Below, piece by piece: positions 53,830 through 64,000 of a stretch of 64,000 nucleotides of DNA. Position numbers and translations under genes: made by a program. Position 1 is the first letter of the stretch. Each line of letters opens with the position of its first letter. Where the stretch lies: NCBI GenBank assembly GCA_965212015.1, contig OZ243037.1, positions 864,001-928,000 on the forward strand, given 5' to 3'. The stretch comes from Cenarchaeum sp. (GTDB lineage: Archaea > Thermoproteota > Nitrososphaeria > Nitrososphaerales > Nitrosopumilaceae). The notes under the pieces are model-generated. The model was not told the origin of the DNA. It saw only the letters and a list, made by a program, of their open reading frames with translations, and searched no databases.

Positions 53830-54923
53830 TTAGATTTTTTCCCTCTTGAGGAGCATTTCTGCCAGCAATACTGCGCCCTTGCCGGATCCCATCTTTTTGT
53901 TGTGCGAGAACAGCATGTACTTTAGGCCGTTATCAAAGAGATCCTCCCTTTCGACTCGGCCTATGGTGGTAGTCATTCCGCCGCCCACGTCGATCTCCAG
54001 CCGGGGCTGCGGCCTGGTCGGATCCTCGTGGAACGCGTAATAGTACTCCGGCGCCGACGGCAGGCCCGATACTGTCGTCTTTTTGTTGTACTCGTCGAAC
54101 AGCTCCTTTGCCTGCTCCGGGGTTATCGGCTTTTCTGTCTCTACTAGGACCGATTCTGTGTGGCCGTCTACTACGGGCACCCTGGTGCAAGTCGCACTCA
54201 CCTTTATGTCGGCATCATCTATTTTGCCCTCACCTAGCCTGCCGAGTATCTTTCGGGTCTCAATTCTCACCTTTTTCTCCTCGTTTGGAATGTACGGAAT
54301 AATGTTTCCCATAATGTTCATCGCAGACACGCCCGGGGATCTGCCTCCGCCGGAGATTGCCTGCATGGAGGTCATCATTACCCTTTTTACGCCGTACTTT
54401 TCGTGCAGCGGCTTTAGCGTTATTGCCAGGCCCGTCGTGGTGCAGTTTGGCAGCGGCGCCACCCATCCCTTCCAGTTCCTGTTTTTTTCTGGGCCTCTAG
54501 CAGATCAGTCTGATCGTCGTTGATTCCCGGAATAAGTATCGGGACGTCCCGCTCGTACCTGTAGGCGGAGCTAGTAGATATCACCGGAACGTCGGCTGCA
54601 AACCGGGTCTCAATGTCCCTTGCCGCCCCGGACTCTATTGCAGAGAATACCAGGTCCAGCTGCGTTGCGTCTATCTCCTCTATCGTCCTTACGGTCATTG
54701 ACTTTATGTACTCTGGAATCTCGCCGCCTATCTCCCAGTTTATGATGCCGCCGTCGTCCCGGATGGCATCCAGATAGTTCTTTCCGGCAGAGCGCTCAGA
54801 GGCGGCAATCTGCGTCACCTCAAACCACGGGTGTCCGTCGAGGGACTGGACGAACTCTTGGCCCACAGAGCCCGTGACTCCCAGAATTGCCACCCTTTTT
54901 TTGTCCATGCGGGGTTTTGCCAT
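53830..54923 (-). CDS. asd: aspartate-semialdehyde dehydrogenase, split by a frameshift at T7 run 54482-54488
   Basis: GVTGSVGQ in one frame; PNCTT, QAISGGG and RVPVVDGH in the next; one extra A restores QKKNRNWKGWVAP. Confidence 0.9.
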
Positions 54924-55294
54924 ACCGAACTAATATTTGTTCAGTCCTGTGCGCCTGCAGGAGGGCGGGCCCGTACAAGTTGCGCAGATGCAGGCATTGC
55001 TGCAAAATTTGACTTGAACTACAAATCTGGTCGTTCTGGCCCCGTCACATCGGGATCATTGGCACGTGTACTGATGAGAAGAAAGGCAGTGCCGGCAGAC
55101 TCTGTAGTTATTTACTGGTTTATATGCACGATTCCCCCATCATGCGCAGTTACCGTCCAGCAGGGAAATGGGGCGGCCAGAGGCGGCAACATCTGCGTAA
55201 ACGATGGTGACTGGAACTTTAAAACCGGTACCAGTCCAGGTGGTTTGAAGATTCCAGACAGGGCATTTGGCCGTTTTCTCACCGTTTTTAGATG

Positions 55295-55985
55295 TCAGTG
55301 TGTTATGAAATTCCCATGACGACAATAGGCTATGTCCATCACGTGTTTTTTTAACGCACCGCACAAGATGTCCGTAGTTTGGACGGGTTTAGATTCGTGG
55401 GAATGTTTTATGACATGTAATGGCCCATATGCACCACAGTCAGCCAAAATTCTTACAAATTGCCGGACTATTTTATCTGACGTAAGCGGCTGAAAATCAG
55501 GATCACAGTGAATCGTGGTCTTGTTGACAAAATTAAAGAGTGTTTTTCGCAGCTGTATACGAATTCCACTCTTGTATTCATAATTTGTAAACCAGCCGCT
55601 GATTAATTTGATAAAGACGTTCAAAAGCCTCTCGTCAGGGGACTTGATGCATTGGTTTTGATCATCATGACACCGAAACAGGATATTTTTAATAATATTT
55701 CAAGATTTTCATCTATGAGTTTTCTATATTCGGGGTTGAGTTTATGCCATTTGAATTCAGGATCGGGCAATTCATTGGATTTGGGAATGTGGAGAATGTT
55801 ATCCAAAATGATAACCTGCCAAATAATTGTCAAATAATGCAATGCAGACATGTGTATGTTCATCATCACTGCTTGTATCGATTCCGACAGAAGGTGAATC
55901 CAGAATGGGGACAAGAAAAACACTGTTGTTTATTTCATATTGTTTGACTTTTCCGTCATTGCCGCTTTTCTCAATCCACCCATGT
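55295..55985 (-). pseudogene. DUF3800-like (RNase H fold) pseudogene
   Basis: Fragments GIDTSSDD, EFKWHKL and VQTTDILCGA spread across several frames; lower GC than the core. Confidence 0.5.
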
Positions 55986-56505
55986 TTTTGGCGGCATAAT
56001 TAGCTTTTAGCCATGCGTTTAAAATTGGGCGAAAGTCCTGCAAATAACCTGTTCATTTGTGTTTTTGATCCAAACTTAGGGCAGGATCGTATCAGGTCAT
56101 ATTTCCGCAGGACTGTCGGCTCTAGCGTGTGCTGTCTGCCACAAATTATCTGCTTGCCTCCCAAAAAAGAACATCGTACCAGTTCGACAAAAAGATCATG
56201 GGATTCTGCCAATCATGATTTTTGCTTGATCACACACATTTGATGTTACCATGTAGGCCGTCGCGTAATCTCAAACCGCAAATCCGGCCTTTTTTGCACC
56301 GTCGCATTCGGATCAAGCTCCGCCCCAATTACCGATCAGAGGCACGGTGCCCCAATTGTGCGGCTTGCAATTAATGAGACGATCCGAGGCAGGGCCGCAT
56401 ATTCTACGCTTGTCCCACATTGCAGACCCGCAGGATCATCCCCGAGATTGCCGATACGCCGTGTTACCAAAACACACTAAATTACCCCCCGAGTAACACC
56501 ACCGT

Positions 56506-57568
56506 ATGAAGCTTGCAGGCGCGATTGCATCGCACAGGCCCGTGCCCCACGGGGGGCCGTTCTCAGTCAGGAGGCCGGATGCGGCAATACTGGACTTTAG
56601 CTCAAGTGTCTCGCCTGCCGGCGCGCCGCCGCTGGTAAAAAAATACCTGAGACGGCAGCTCGACGTGATCGACGTGTATCCCGACCCGGATTCTGTCAGC
56701 CTCAAAAAGAGCCTCAGCTGGTACACCGGCCTTGGCAGCTCGCAGATAACGGCAGGCAACGGCGCAACTGAGATAATCTACAACTTTGGGCGCGCGTTTC
56801 TCTCAAAAAACACGCGTGTCCTGATTGCCGTCCCCGCCTTTGGCGAGTACGAGGCCGCCGCAAGGCTGCAGGGCAGCAGGATCTCCTTTTTCAAAACGAT
56901 GAATATTGGTGATGATATCGCAGAGTTTTCAAGGCGCATCCCGAAAAACGGATGCGTCTTTGTGTGCAATCCAAACAACCCCACCGGCGCGCTGGTCTCA
57001 AAAAACGACATGTCATATATGATAGAGTCTGCCAGGAAAAAATCCGCACTTGCGTTTGTTGACGAGTGCTTTATAGAGCTGGTGCCGGATGCAGACGAGT
57101 CAGTGGCCGGACTGGTAAAAAGATACGACAATCTCTTGGTGCTGCGCTCGCTTACAAAGTCCTTCGGGCTGGCAGGCGCCCGCATAGGGTACGCGCTGGG
57201 ATCAAGGGGCATAATCGGCACGCTGGAGAGGATAAAGATTCCCTGGAACGTCTCGGGGCTCGCCCAAAAGGCGGCAGGCGCCGCAATATGCCACTCGTTT
57301 CACCTCAAAAAGGCAAAAAGAATAATCAAAAAAGAGTCGCAGTTTCTAAGAAAAGAGATATCCGGAATTGACCCTCGATGGCGCGGCCAACTTTATCCTG
57401 GTGAGGACCAGGCTAAAGCCGGGCACCGTAAAAAGCAGGCTGCTAAGGCGCGGCATACTGGTGCGCGACTGTAGCTCCTTTAGGGGGCTTGCGGGAAACC
57501 ACATACGAATCGCAGTGAGGACCAGGCAGGAGAACAGGAGGCTCATCAGGGCCATGAAAAAGATATGA
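56506..57568 (+). CDS. cobD: L-threonine-O-3-phosphate decarboxylase (CobD/HisC-like), frameshifted near 57368
   Basis: CNPNNPTG, VDECF and RSLTKSFGLAGARIGY; C-terminal ANFILVR...HIRIAVR in another frame. Confidence 0.85.
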
Positions 57569-58395
57569 AGTCCCTGATGGTACAGGGGACGTCCTCAGGT
57601 GCGGGCAAGTCCATACTGGTGACGGCGCTGTGCAGGATATTCTCAGACTGCGGGCTCTCAGTTGCGCCATTCAAGTCGCAAAACATGTCGAGGCTCTCGT
57701 ACAGCTGGGACGGCCTTGAGATCTCGCGCGCGCAGGCAGTGCAGGCGCTCGCGGCAAGGACGGATATCACCCCGGACATCAATCCAATACTGCTAAAGCC
57801 GGAGGGGGACAATTACAGCGCCGTATACCTGAACGGAAGATACCGCAGCAGGATGAACGCAAAAGAGTACTATGCCGGATTTGCAACCGGTACGGGAATC
57901 AGGGCGGCGCTAAGATCGCTAAGGAGGCTGCAAAAAGGCCACGACATTGTGGTAATCGAGGGCGCCGGATCGCCTGCCGAGATAAACATGCAAAAGTTCG
58001 ACATTGCAAACATGGCAATAGCGCAGGAGGCCCGGTCCCCCGTGGTGCTAGTGACAGACATTGAGCGCGGCGGCTCCTTTGCAAGCCTGGCAGGAACGCT
58101 CCTGCTGCTAAGCAAGAGGCACCAGAGACTAGTCAGGGGGTTTGTCTTTAACAAGTTTCGCGGCGACGCAGAGATACTCGAGCCCGGACTGGCAAAGATC
58201 AGGCGCATTACCGGCAAAAAGACATTCGGGGTCATACCCAAAGTCGACGTGGGAATCCCTTCTGAGGACTCGCTTGACGGCAAAGGCGGCCGCTTTGTGT
58301 GGAATGCGCGCAAGCTGGACTCTGAGATTGACAAGATAAGCGGGATTGTAAAAAAAAGCCTGGACATGGGCGCACTGGAGGAGATTATCCGGTGA
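57565..58395 (+). CDS. cobQ: cobyric acid synthase (short form)
   Basis: QGTSSGAGKS, PFKSQNMS, EGAGSPAEIN, NKFRGD. Confidence 0.93.
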   Translation: MKSLMVQGTSSGAGKSILVTALCRIFSDCGLSVAPFKSQNMSRLSYSWDGLEISRAQAVQALAARTDITPDINPILLKPEGDNYSAVYLNGRYRSRMNAKEYYAGFATGTGIRAALRSLRRLQKGHDIVVIEGAGSPAEINMQKFDIANMAIAQEARSPVVLVTDIERGGSFASLAGTLLLLSKRHQRLVRGFVFNKFRGDAEILEPGLAKIRRITGKKTFGVIPKVDVGIPSEDSLDGKGGRFVWNARKLDSEIDKISGIVKKSLDMGALEEIIR

Positions 58396-59357
58396 TGGAG
58401 GTGCTGCTGGTACTCGCACTCGCACTCGCACTAGATCTTGCCGCAGGCGATCCCAGAAACAGGTTCCATCCGACTGCGTGGATTGGAAGGCTGATTGGAG
58501 TAATGGTGCCGCGCTGCAAGACCGGCTCGCCGTACTCCGAGCGGGCCCTCGGCGTTGTTCTGGTCTGTGTGGTGACGGGAATAGTAATGTCGGTCCTGGT
58601 TGCGATAAATGCGGGGGCCGGCCTTGTCACGGGGTATGTCGGCGCCATAATATCGGTGGCCATGGGAGTGGTCCTGCTAAAGTGCACGATTGCAATGCGC
58701 GGCATGGAGGAGCACGCCAAGGCAGTGCTGAAATGCCTCGAGGCAGGCGACATTGAATCCGCACGGGGGCGCCTGGCCGGAATAGTAAAGCGCGACACTG
58801 AAAATCTTGACGAGCAGCACGTGCTGTCAGGGGTGCTTGAGAGCATATCGGAAAATACCGTCGACGGGGTCACAGGGCCGCTGTTTTATTTCGGGTTTTT
58901 CGGAATCTTTGGCGCGTTTGCCTACCGTACCATAAGCACGTTTGATTCCATGATAGGATACCGCACAGAAATGTTCGGCAGTATCGGGTGGTTTGCCGCA
59001 AACTGCGACAAGATCCTCAGCTATGCGCCCGCCCGGCTGACTGCGCTTGCCATGATCCTCGGCGCACTAGTGCTCCGGACCAACTGGAGGGACTCGTACA
59101 GAATAGTACTGCGCGACGGATCAAAGCCGGACAGCCCCAACTCTGGATACCCCATAGCGGCACTCGCCGGCGCACTTGATGCCACGCTTGAAAAGCAGGA
59201 CTGCTACAAAATAGGCAGCGGCGGCGCCGTTTTGCGCGCCTCGCACGTCAGGCAGTCAATCCGGCTGATGAAGACGGCATCCATACTGTTCTGCGGAATG
59301 GTGACGGTGCCGGCAGCGGCCGTACTGTACGGCCTGGGATGGTGGCTGCATGCTTGA
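58392..59357 (+). CDS. cbiB: adenosylcobinamide-phosphate synthase CbiB
   Basis: GDP...HPTAWIG, ESISENTVDG, DSMIGY and SPNSGYP motifs. Confidence 0.92.
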   Translation: MMEVLLVLALALALDLAAGDPRNRFHPTAWIGRLIGVMVPRCKTGSPYSERALGVVLVCVVTGIVMSVLVAINAGAGLVTGYVGAIISVAMGVVLLKCTIAMRGMEEHAKAVLKCLEAGDIESARGRLAGIVKRDTENLDEQHVLSGVLESISENTVDGVTGPLFYFGFFGIFGAFAYRTISTFDSMIGYRTEMFGSIGWFAANCDKILSYAPARLTALAMILGALVLRTNWRDSYRIVLRDGSKPDSPNSGYPIAALAGALDATLEKQDCYKIGSGGAVLRASHVRQSIRLMKTASILFCGMVTVPAAAVLYGLGWWLHA

Positions 59358-60078
59358 GGGAATCAGATCCGTGCTGTCGTTTCTGAGCGTTATTCCGTCC
59401 GGTAATGGGGACATTCGGACCGTATCAAAAAACATGCATCTTTTTCCGGTGGCCGGGGTGGTAATAGGCCTGGTTGCCGGCGCCGCAGGCTTTGGGCTCT
59501 CTGAAGCCGGGGTGGATCCGCTAATAGTGGGCCTGCTGGTGGCAGCGGCAATCGCCGTAATTACCGGCATGCACCACACCGACGGCCTTGCCGACTGGGC
59601 CGACGGCCTCATGGCCGGCGGCTCTAGGGAGAAAAAGCTAGCCGCAATGAAGGATGTTGCCACGGGATCTGCAGGCGTTGCCGCAATAATCATATATTAT
59701 ACGGGAATGACAGTCGCACTCTCGCAGACTGCAGGAGTCGAGCTGCTCACCGTCATAATACTGGCCGAGGTTGCAGCAAAGTTTTCAATGGTGCTGATGG
59801 CAGGCGCCGGCAGATCGGCTACCTGCGGCTCGGGCTCGCACTTTGTGAACTCGATGAGGGACAGAAAAAAGCTCGCACTTGCGTTTATGGTGACTCTGGG
59901 CATCTTTGTAATCGCAGGAGCAGGCACCCTGCTTGTCATGCTTGCAGTAGGAATCATGGTGCCGCTGTTTCTTGCGGCGCTTGCATCCCGCAGCTTTGGC
60001 GGGGTAACAGGCGATGTGATGGGCGCTGCAAACGAGCTTGTGCGGCTCTGCTGTGTGGTGGTGTTTGTGTCGGTATGA
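59350..60078 (+). CDS. cobS: adenosylcobinamide-GDP ribazoletransferase
   Basis: GMHHTDGLADWADG and GGVTGDVMGA motifs. Confidence 0.93.
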   Translation: MLEGIRSVLSFLSVIPSGNGDIRTVSKNMHLFPVAGVVIGLVAGAAGFGLSEAGVDPLIVGLLVAAAIAVITGMHHTDGLADWADGLMAGGSREKKLAAMKDVATGSAGVAAIIIYYTGMTVALSQTAGVELLTVIILAEVAAKFSMVLMAGAGRSATCGSGSHFVNSMRDRKKLALAFMVTLGIFVIAGAGTLLVMLAVGIMVPLFLAALASRSFGGVTGDVMGAANELVRLCCVVVFVSV

Positions 60079-60653
60079 TCGGAATCGTCATGGCCGGCGG
60101 CAGGGGCAGCAGGATGTGCATGGGAACAGAAAAGCTCCTGTTACGGTACGAAAAGCCGATCATACTCTGCGTGACAGACGCAATGAGGGACTCTGGATGC
60201 TTTGGGAGAATGATTGCGCTTACCAGCCCCAACGCGCCGGAAACAAAAAAACTTCTCTGCAGGAATTCAATAGAGGTAATGGACACGGCGGGGGACGGAT
60301 ATGCGGCGGATCTGGGATGCGCACTTGCCGGCCTGTCCGGCATGGTCCTGGTCGTCTCCGGCGACCTGCCGCTGCTTGACGCACATATCGTAAAAAGACT
60401 CGCAGCAGGCGCATCCGCTGTCTGGCGGAGCTATATAGTGACAAAAAAGTTTCTTGATTCTGCTGGACTGTCGCCTGCGCATAAGGTTACGCATAATGGT
60501 GCGCAGTGCTCGTATACCGGCGTGTCGCTAGTCAACGCAGACCGCATACGCTCGTGCGACACGATAGACGAGCGTCTCGAGATAGTCGACGACCTGAGGA
60601 TTGCGCTTAACGTGAATACGAAAAAAGACTATGACCTACTCTGTGCCGTCTAA
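60075..60653 (+). CDS. cobY: GTP:adenosylcobinamide-phosphate guanylyltransferase
   Basis: MAGGRGSRM...EK, SGDLPLL and NVNT motifs; cob cluster context. Confidence 0.85.
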   Translation: MIGIVMAGGRGSRMCMGTEKLLLRYEKPIILCVTDAMRDSGCFGRMIALTSPNAPETKKLLCRNSIEVMDTAGDGYAADLGCALAGLSGMVLVVSGDLPLLDAHIVKRLAAGASAVWRSYIVTKKFLDSAGLSPAHKVTHNGAQCSYTGVSLVNADRIRSCDTIDERLEIVDDLRIALNVNTKKDYDLLCAV

Positions 60654-60833
60654 GACCTTGCCGTTTAGCCTCGCCACAGAGCCAGTCGGGCTAGCAAGCT
60701 CGTTGCCGCAAGAGTTGCACGTGACGCTAGTCGATGAATGCGAATACACCACCTGTATCTCGCCGCACTCGCCGCACGCCACCCTCAAAAAGCTGCTAGT
60801 CGGCTCTGGAATCGACGTGTGGTTTCTCTTCAT
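60636..60833 (-). CDS. rps27e: 30S ribosomal protein S27e
   Basis: FLRVACGECG...VTCNSCG...PTGS. Confidence 0.95.
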   Translation of the reverse strand: MKRNHTSIPEPTSSFLRVACGECGEIQVVYSHSSTSVTCNSCGNELASPTGSVARLNGKVLDGTE

Positions 60834-61111
60834 GCGGCCACCAGCTCGAACTTTTTCACCCTGATTCCGTACGTGTTGGACTTTTTCTTGCACTCAGGAC
60901 ATGCCAGTATGCGCGTGACCTTTTTGGTGACCTTTGCCGGCTTTGCAAGCTTTGGAAACTTTTGGCCGCCGTACCCCTTTTTGTCCTCGGCGTGGCGCCT
61001 CTCCCCGATGGCAGACGCCCTGCGCTTGCCGGCCTTGTAGATGGAGACCTTTTGCAGGGTGTGCTTTTTGCACTTTGCGCAGTACCGCTTTATCTGCTTG
61101 GGATAGTTCAT
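60830..61111 (-). CDS. rpl44e: 50S ribosomal protein L44e
   Basis: YCAKCKKHT...GYGGQKFP...KVTKK...CPEC. Confidence 0.96.
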   Translation of the reverse strand: MNYPKQIKRYCAKCKKHTLQKVSIYKAGKRRASAIGERRHAEDKKGYGGQKFPKLAKPAKVTKKVTRILACPECKKKSNTYGIRVKKFELVAA

Positions 61112-61178
61112 ATCAAAAAATGCCCGTCCACTGTAATTTAAGTTGAATCTATAATAGGCGGCGCTGCCAACCATTCCG

Positions 61179-62933
61179 GTGAATCCCCTTTCAGAGTCCG
61201 CCTCAGATCTCAACCGGACTGCCATGGGCGACAAAAAGGCCGACATGCTGCTTTGCAACTGCAGGCTGGTCTCTGTGTACACAAACGAGGTAATAGAGGG
61301 CACCGACATTGCCGTGTCAGGCGGAAGGATTGCGTACGTGGGCCCCGACGGCTCCCACACGGCAGGCGAAAAGACCAGGGTGGTGGATGCCGGCAAAAGG
61401 TACGTCACGCCGGGCTTTGCAGACCCGCACATACACGTGGATCAGTTCGTCACGCCGCACGAGCTTGCAAGGAGGCTGGTACTGTGCGGGACCACCTCGG
61501 TGTTCTCCGATCCAATCGACATCGTAGGCGTTACGGGGTACAGGGGATTTACAGAGTTTGTAAGGATGACACGGGACCTTCCGGTGAGGTTTTTTCACGT
61601 GGTTCCCGGCGGCGTTCCAGTCGACAGAAGGTTCGGCCACGGAAGGTCCATGACGCCCCGCGAGGAGGCATCGGCCGCAGGGCAGCCCGGCGTGGTGGGA
61701 CTCGGCGAGGTGTTCTCGTGGACAAAGGTAATCCTGCGCGATCCGGCCACTATGAAATCCATATCGTCAATGCTGGAGCGCGGCCTTGCAGTCAACGGGC
61801 ATACAGCCGGCATGTCCGGAAAAAAGCTCAACGCATATGTCGCATCCGGGATATCGTCGTGCCACGAGCCGGTCAGCTGGGAGCAGGTACTGGAGAGGCT
61901 CCGCCTTGGAATGTGGATAATGATGCGCGAGGGGACGGTGCGCCGGGATCTTGCGCACATAATACCGGGACTGCTAGGATGCGGGGCGCACATTGACAGG
62001 CTGATGTTCTGCTCAGACGGCGTGGATCCCGTGCACGTGCAGGAGCGCGGCCACATCGACCACTGCATAAGGGAGTCAGTCAGGCTGGGAATGGACACAA
62101 TTGACGCCATAGTGATTGCCACGCGGAACTGTTTTGACTATTACAACATGGACGAGCTGGGCGGGATTGCGCCGGGCAAGATTGCCGACATGCTGGTGCT
62201 CGACGACCTTGACGCAGCGAGGCCAAGGGACGTCTATGTAGGAGGCAAGCTTACCGTATCGGGCGGCAAGCTAGTAGGGGAGCCGCGCAAAAAAAGAATC
62301 CCCGCGTGGATGGGGGACACCATACTGCTGGACAAGTTTTCAAAAAAGGACTTTGCCGTAAAATCAAAATCCGCAGTGGCGTCGGCAAACACCATATCGA
62401 TGGTAACTGAGATAATCACGGAGCTCGGTTCGGCCGAGCTTGCAGTAAAAGACGGCAACGTAAAGGCCTCTTTGGACGGGGACGTCTGGAAGGTGGCCGC
62501 ATTTGAGAGGATATTTGGCACCAAAAAGCGCACAGTAGGGTTTTTGCAGAACTTTGGCGCAGACATTGGCGCCTTTGCGTCCACGTGGAGCTTTCATGAG
62601 AATGATCTCGTCGTGATAGGCTCAGACGAGTCGGACATGGCAGCGGCCGCCAACGCCCTGATCCGCGCGCACGGCGGCATGTCGCTGGTCAGGGACGGCA
62701 AGCTCAGGACCATGCCGATGCGGCTTGGCGGGATAATCTCCACTGAGCCCTTTGAGAGGGCATTGGCCGACTTTGAAGGCATTACCGGGGCCATTACCGA
62801 CGCCGGATGCAGGTTCAAGAGGCCCCACATGATACCGCTGTTTCTGCCGTTTCTAGCCCTGCCGGCTGTGCGCATAATGCACGGCGGAATAGTCGACGTC
62901 AAAAGGCGCTCCCTGATACCTGCCATAAACTAA
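61179..62933 (+). CDS. ade: adenine deaminase
   Basis: PGFADPHIHVD, GTTSVFSDP, SCHE, REGT and GGIAPGKIAD motifs. Confidence 0.9.
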   Translation: MNPLSESASDLNRTAMGDKKADMLLCNCRLVSVYTNEVIEGTDIAVSGGRIAYVGPDGSHTAGEKTRVVDAGKRYVTPGFADPHIHVDQFVTPHELARRLVLCGTTSVFSDPIDIVGVTGYRGFTEFVRMTRDLPVRFFHVVPGGVPVDRRFGHGRSMTPREEASAAGQPGVVGLGEVFSWTKVILRDPATMKSISSMLERGLAVNGHTAGMSGKKLNAYVASGISSCHEPVSWEQVLERLRLGMWIMMREGTVRRDLAHIIPGLLGCGAHIDRLMFCSDGVDPVHVQERGHIDHCIRESVRLGMDTIDAIVIATRNCFDYYNMDELGGIAPGKIADMLVLDDLDAARPRDVYVGGKLTVSGGKLVGEPRKKRIPAWMGDTILLDKFSKKDFAVKSKSAVASANTISMVTEIITELGSAELAVKDGNVKASLDGDVWKVAAFERIFGTKKRTVGFLQNFGADIGAFASTWSFHENDLVVIGSDESDMAAAANALIRAHGGMSLVRDGKLRTMPMRLGGIISTEPFERALADFEGITGAITDAGCRFKRPHMIPLFLPFLALPAVRIMHGGIVDVKRRSLIPAIN

Positions 62934-62974
62934 ATCTTAAAAAGGGGCATTTTAGGCAGGTTTTTTGAAAACAC

Positions 62975-64000
62975 ATGGCGTCAATACAGCAAACCCCGCA
63001 GGGCCCCGTTTTGGTCCTAAAGGAGAGCGCCCTGCAGCAAAAGGGCAGGGATGCGCAGCAAAACAACATTGCGGCAGCAAAGCTAGTCTCCGATCTGGTC
63101 CGCTCCAGCTTGGGCCCGAGGGGCCTGGACAAGATGCTGGTAGACTCGCTAGGCGACGTTACGATTACAAACGACGGTGCGACGATTCTCAAAGAGATAG
63201 ACGTGCAGCATCCGGCGGCAAAAATGATGGTAGAGATTTCAAAGGCGATGGACAACGAGGTGGGCGACGGCACCACCTCGTCAGTGGTGTTCGGCGGCGC
63301 CCTGCTGGCAAAGGCCGAGGATTTGCTCAAAAAGGACGTGCACTCTTCTGTCATTGTGGACGGCTATCAGGCAGCAGCCGAAAAATCACTGGACATTCTG
63401 TCCGGGCTGGCAAAAAAGATACAGCCTGACGACAAAGAGTACCTGATAAAGATAGCAAAGACCAGCATGCAGTCAAAGCTAATCTCGGAGGACAGCGGCC
63501 CGCTCTCAAAGATCATAGTGGATGCCGTAATGAGTATTAGCGCAAAAAGGGACCAGGCCTACTCTGTCGACCTGGACAACATAAAGGTGGAAAAAAAATC
63601 CGGCGGCTCCATCCAGGACACGCAGCTAATCCAGGGAATAGTGCTGGACAAGGAAATAGTGCACAGCGAGATGCCAACAAAAATCCAGGGCGCAAAGATT
63701 GCCCTGCTTAATACCGCCCTAGAGGTCGAAAAGACCGAAATGAGCGCGGAAATTAGAATAAACGATCCCACACAGATGCAAATGTTCCTGGAGGAGGAAA
63801 ACAGGATGCTAAAGTCAATGGTCGAAAAGATACACGACTCTGGCGCCAACGTGCTGCTGTGCCAAAAGGGCATTGACGACATTGCGCAGTACTATCTTGG
63901 CAAAAAGGGCATACTTGCAGTCAGGCGCATAAAGGAGAGCGACATGGTAAAGCTAGGCAAGGCCACCGGGGGCAGGGTCACTGCAAACGTGGACGACCTT
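62975..64000 (+). CDS. ths: thermosome (group II chaperonin) subunit, truncated by the window end
   Basis: MASIQQTPQGPVLVLKE...SLGPRGLDKML...TNDGATIL...GDGTTS. Confidence 0.96.
   Translation, partial: MASIQQTPQGPVLVLKESALQQKGRDAQQNNIAAAKLVSDLVRSSLGPRGLDKMLVDSLGDVTITNDGATILKEIDVQHPAAKMMVEISKAMDNEVGDGTTSSVVFGGALLAKAEDLLKKDVHSSVIVDGYQAAAEKSLDILSGLAKKIQPDDKEYLIKIAKTSMQSKLISEDSGPLSKIIVDAVMSISAKRDQAYSVDLDNIKVEKKSGGSIQDTQLIQGIVLDKEIVHSEMPTKIQGAKIALLNTALEVEKTEMSAEIRINDPTQMQMFLEEENRMLKSMVEKIHDSGANVLLCQKGIDDIAQYYLGKKGILAVRRIKESDMVKLGKATGGRVTANVDDL

Noticed and set aside
54482-54488. Programmed frameshift or phase variation in asd
   Set aside because: Asd is a core biosynthetic enzyme, and a one-base loss in a 7-base homopolymer is most simply a sequencing or assembly error

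Overview
64-kb segment of an ammonia-oxidising archaeon (Nitrososphaerota/Thaumarchaeota, Nitrosopumilaceae-like). The core is GC-rich, and tandem serpins suggest a host-associated (e.g. sponge) lineage. Core functions include DHS-family protein, thrS, HIT, DnaJ-ferredoxin, hemL, the 16S-23S rRNA operon, pstS, an NHL/HYR surface protein, an ABC-2 exporter, heme o synthase, Lrp, asd, a cobalamin cluster, rps27e/rpl44e, adenine deaminase and thermosome. An AT-rich defence island at about 28.5-43.4 kb holds an IS630 remnant, a type I R-M system, a tyrosine recombinase, McrBC and a 2-TM orphan. The main finding is that this type I R-M locus looks invertible. hsdM and a bidirectional TATA box lie between a full hsdS (minus strand) and a half hsdS (plus strand). 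These are bracketed by perfect 35-bp inverted repeats containing an 11-6-11 tyrosine-recombinase-type core site, and the recombinase gene sits immediately next door. Inversion would swap a two-TRD HsdS for a single-TRD HsdS, making this a candidate archaeal phase-variable methylome switch. Several frameshifts (PIN toxin, asd, cobD) may be assembly errors. All calls come from motif recognition by eye; no searches were run.
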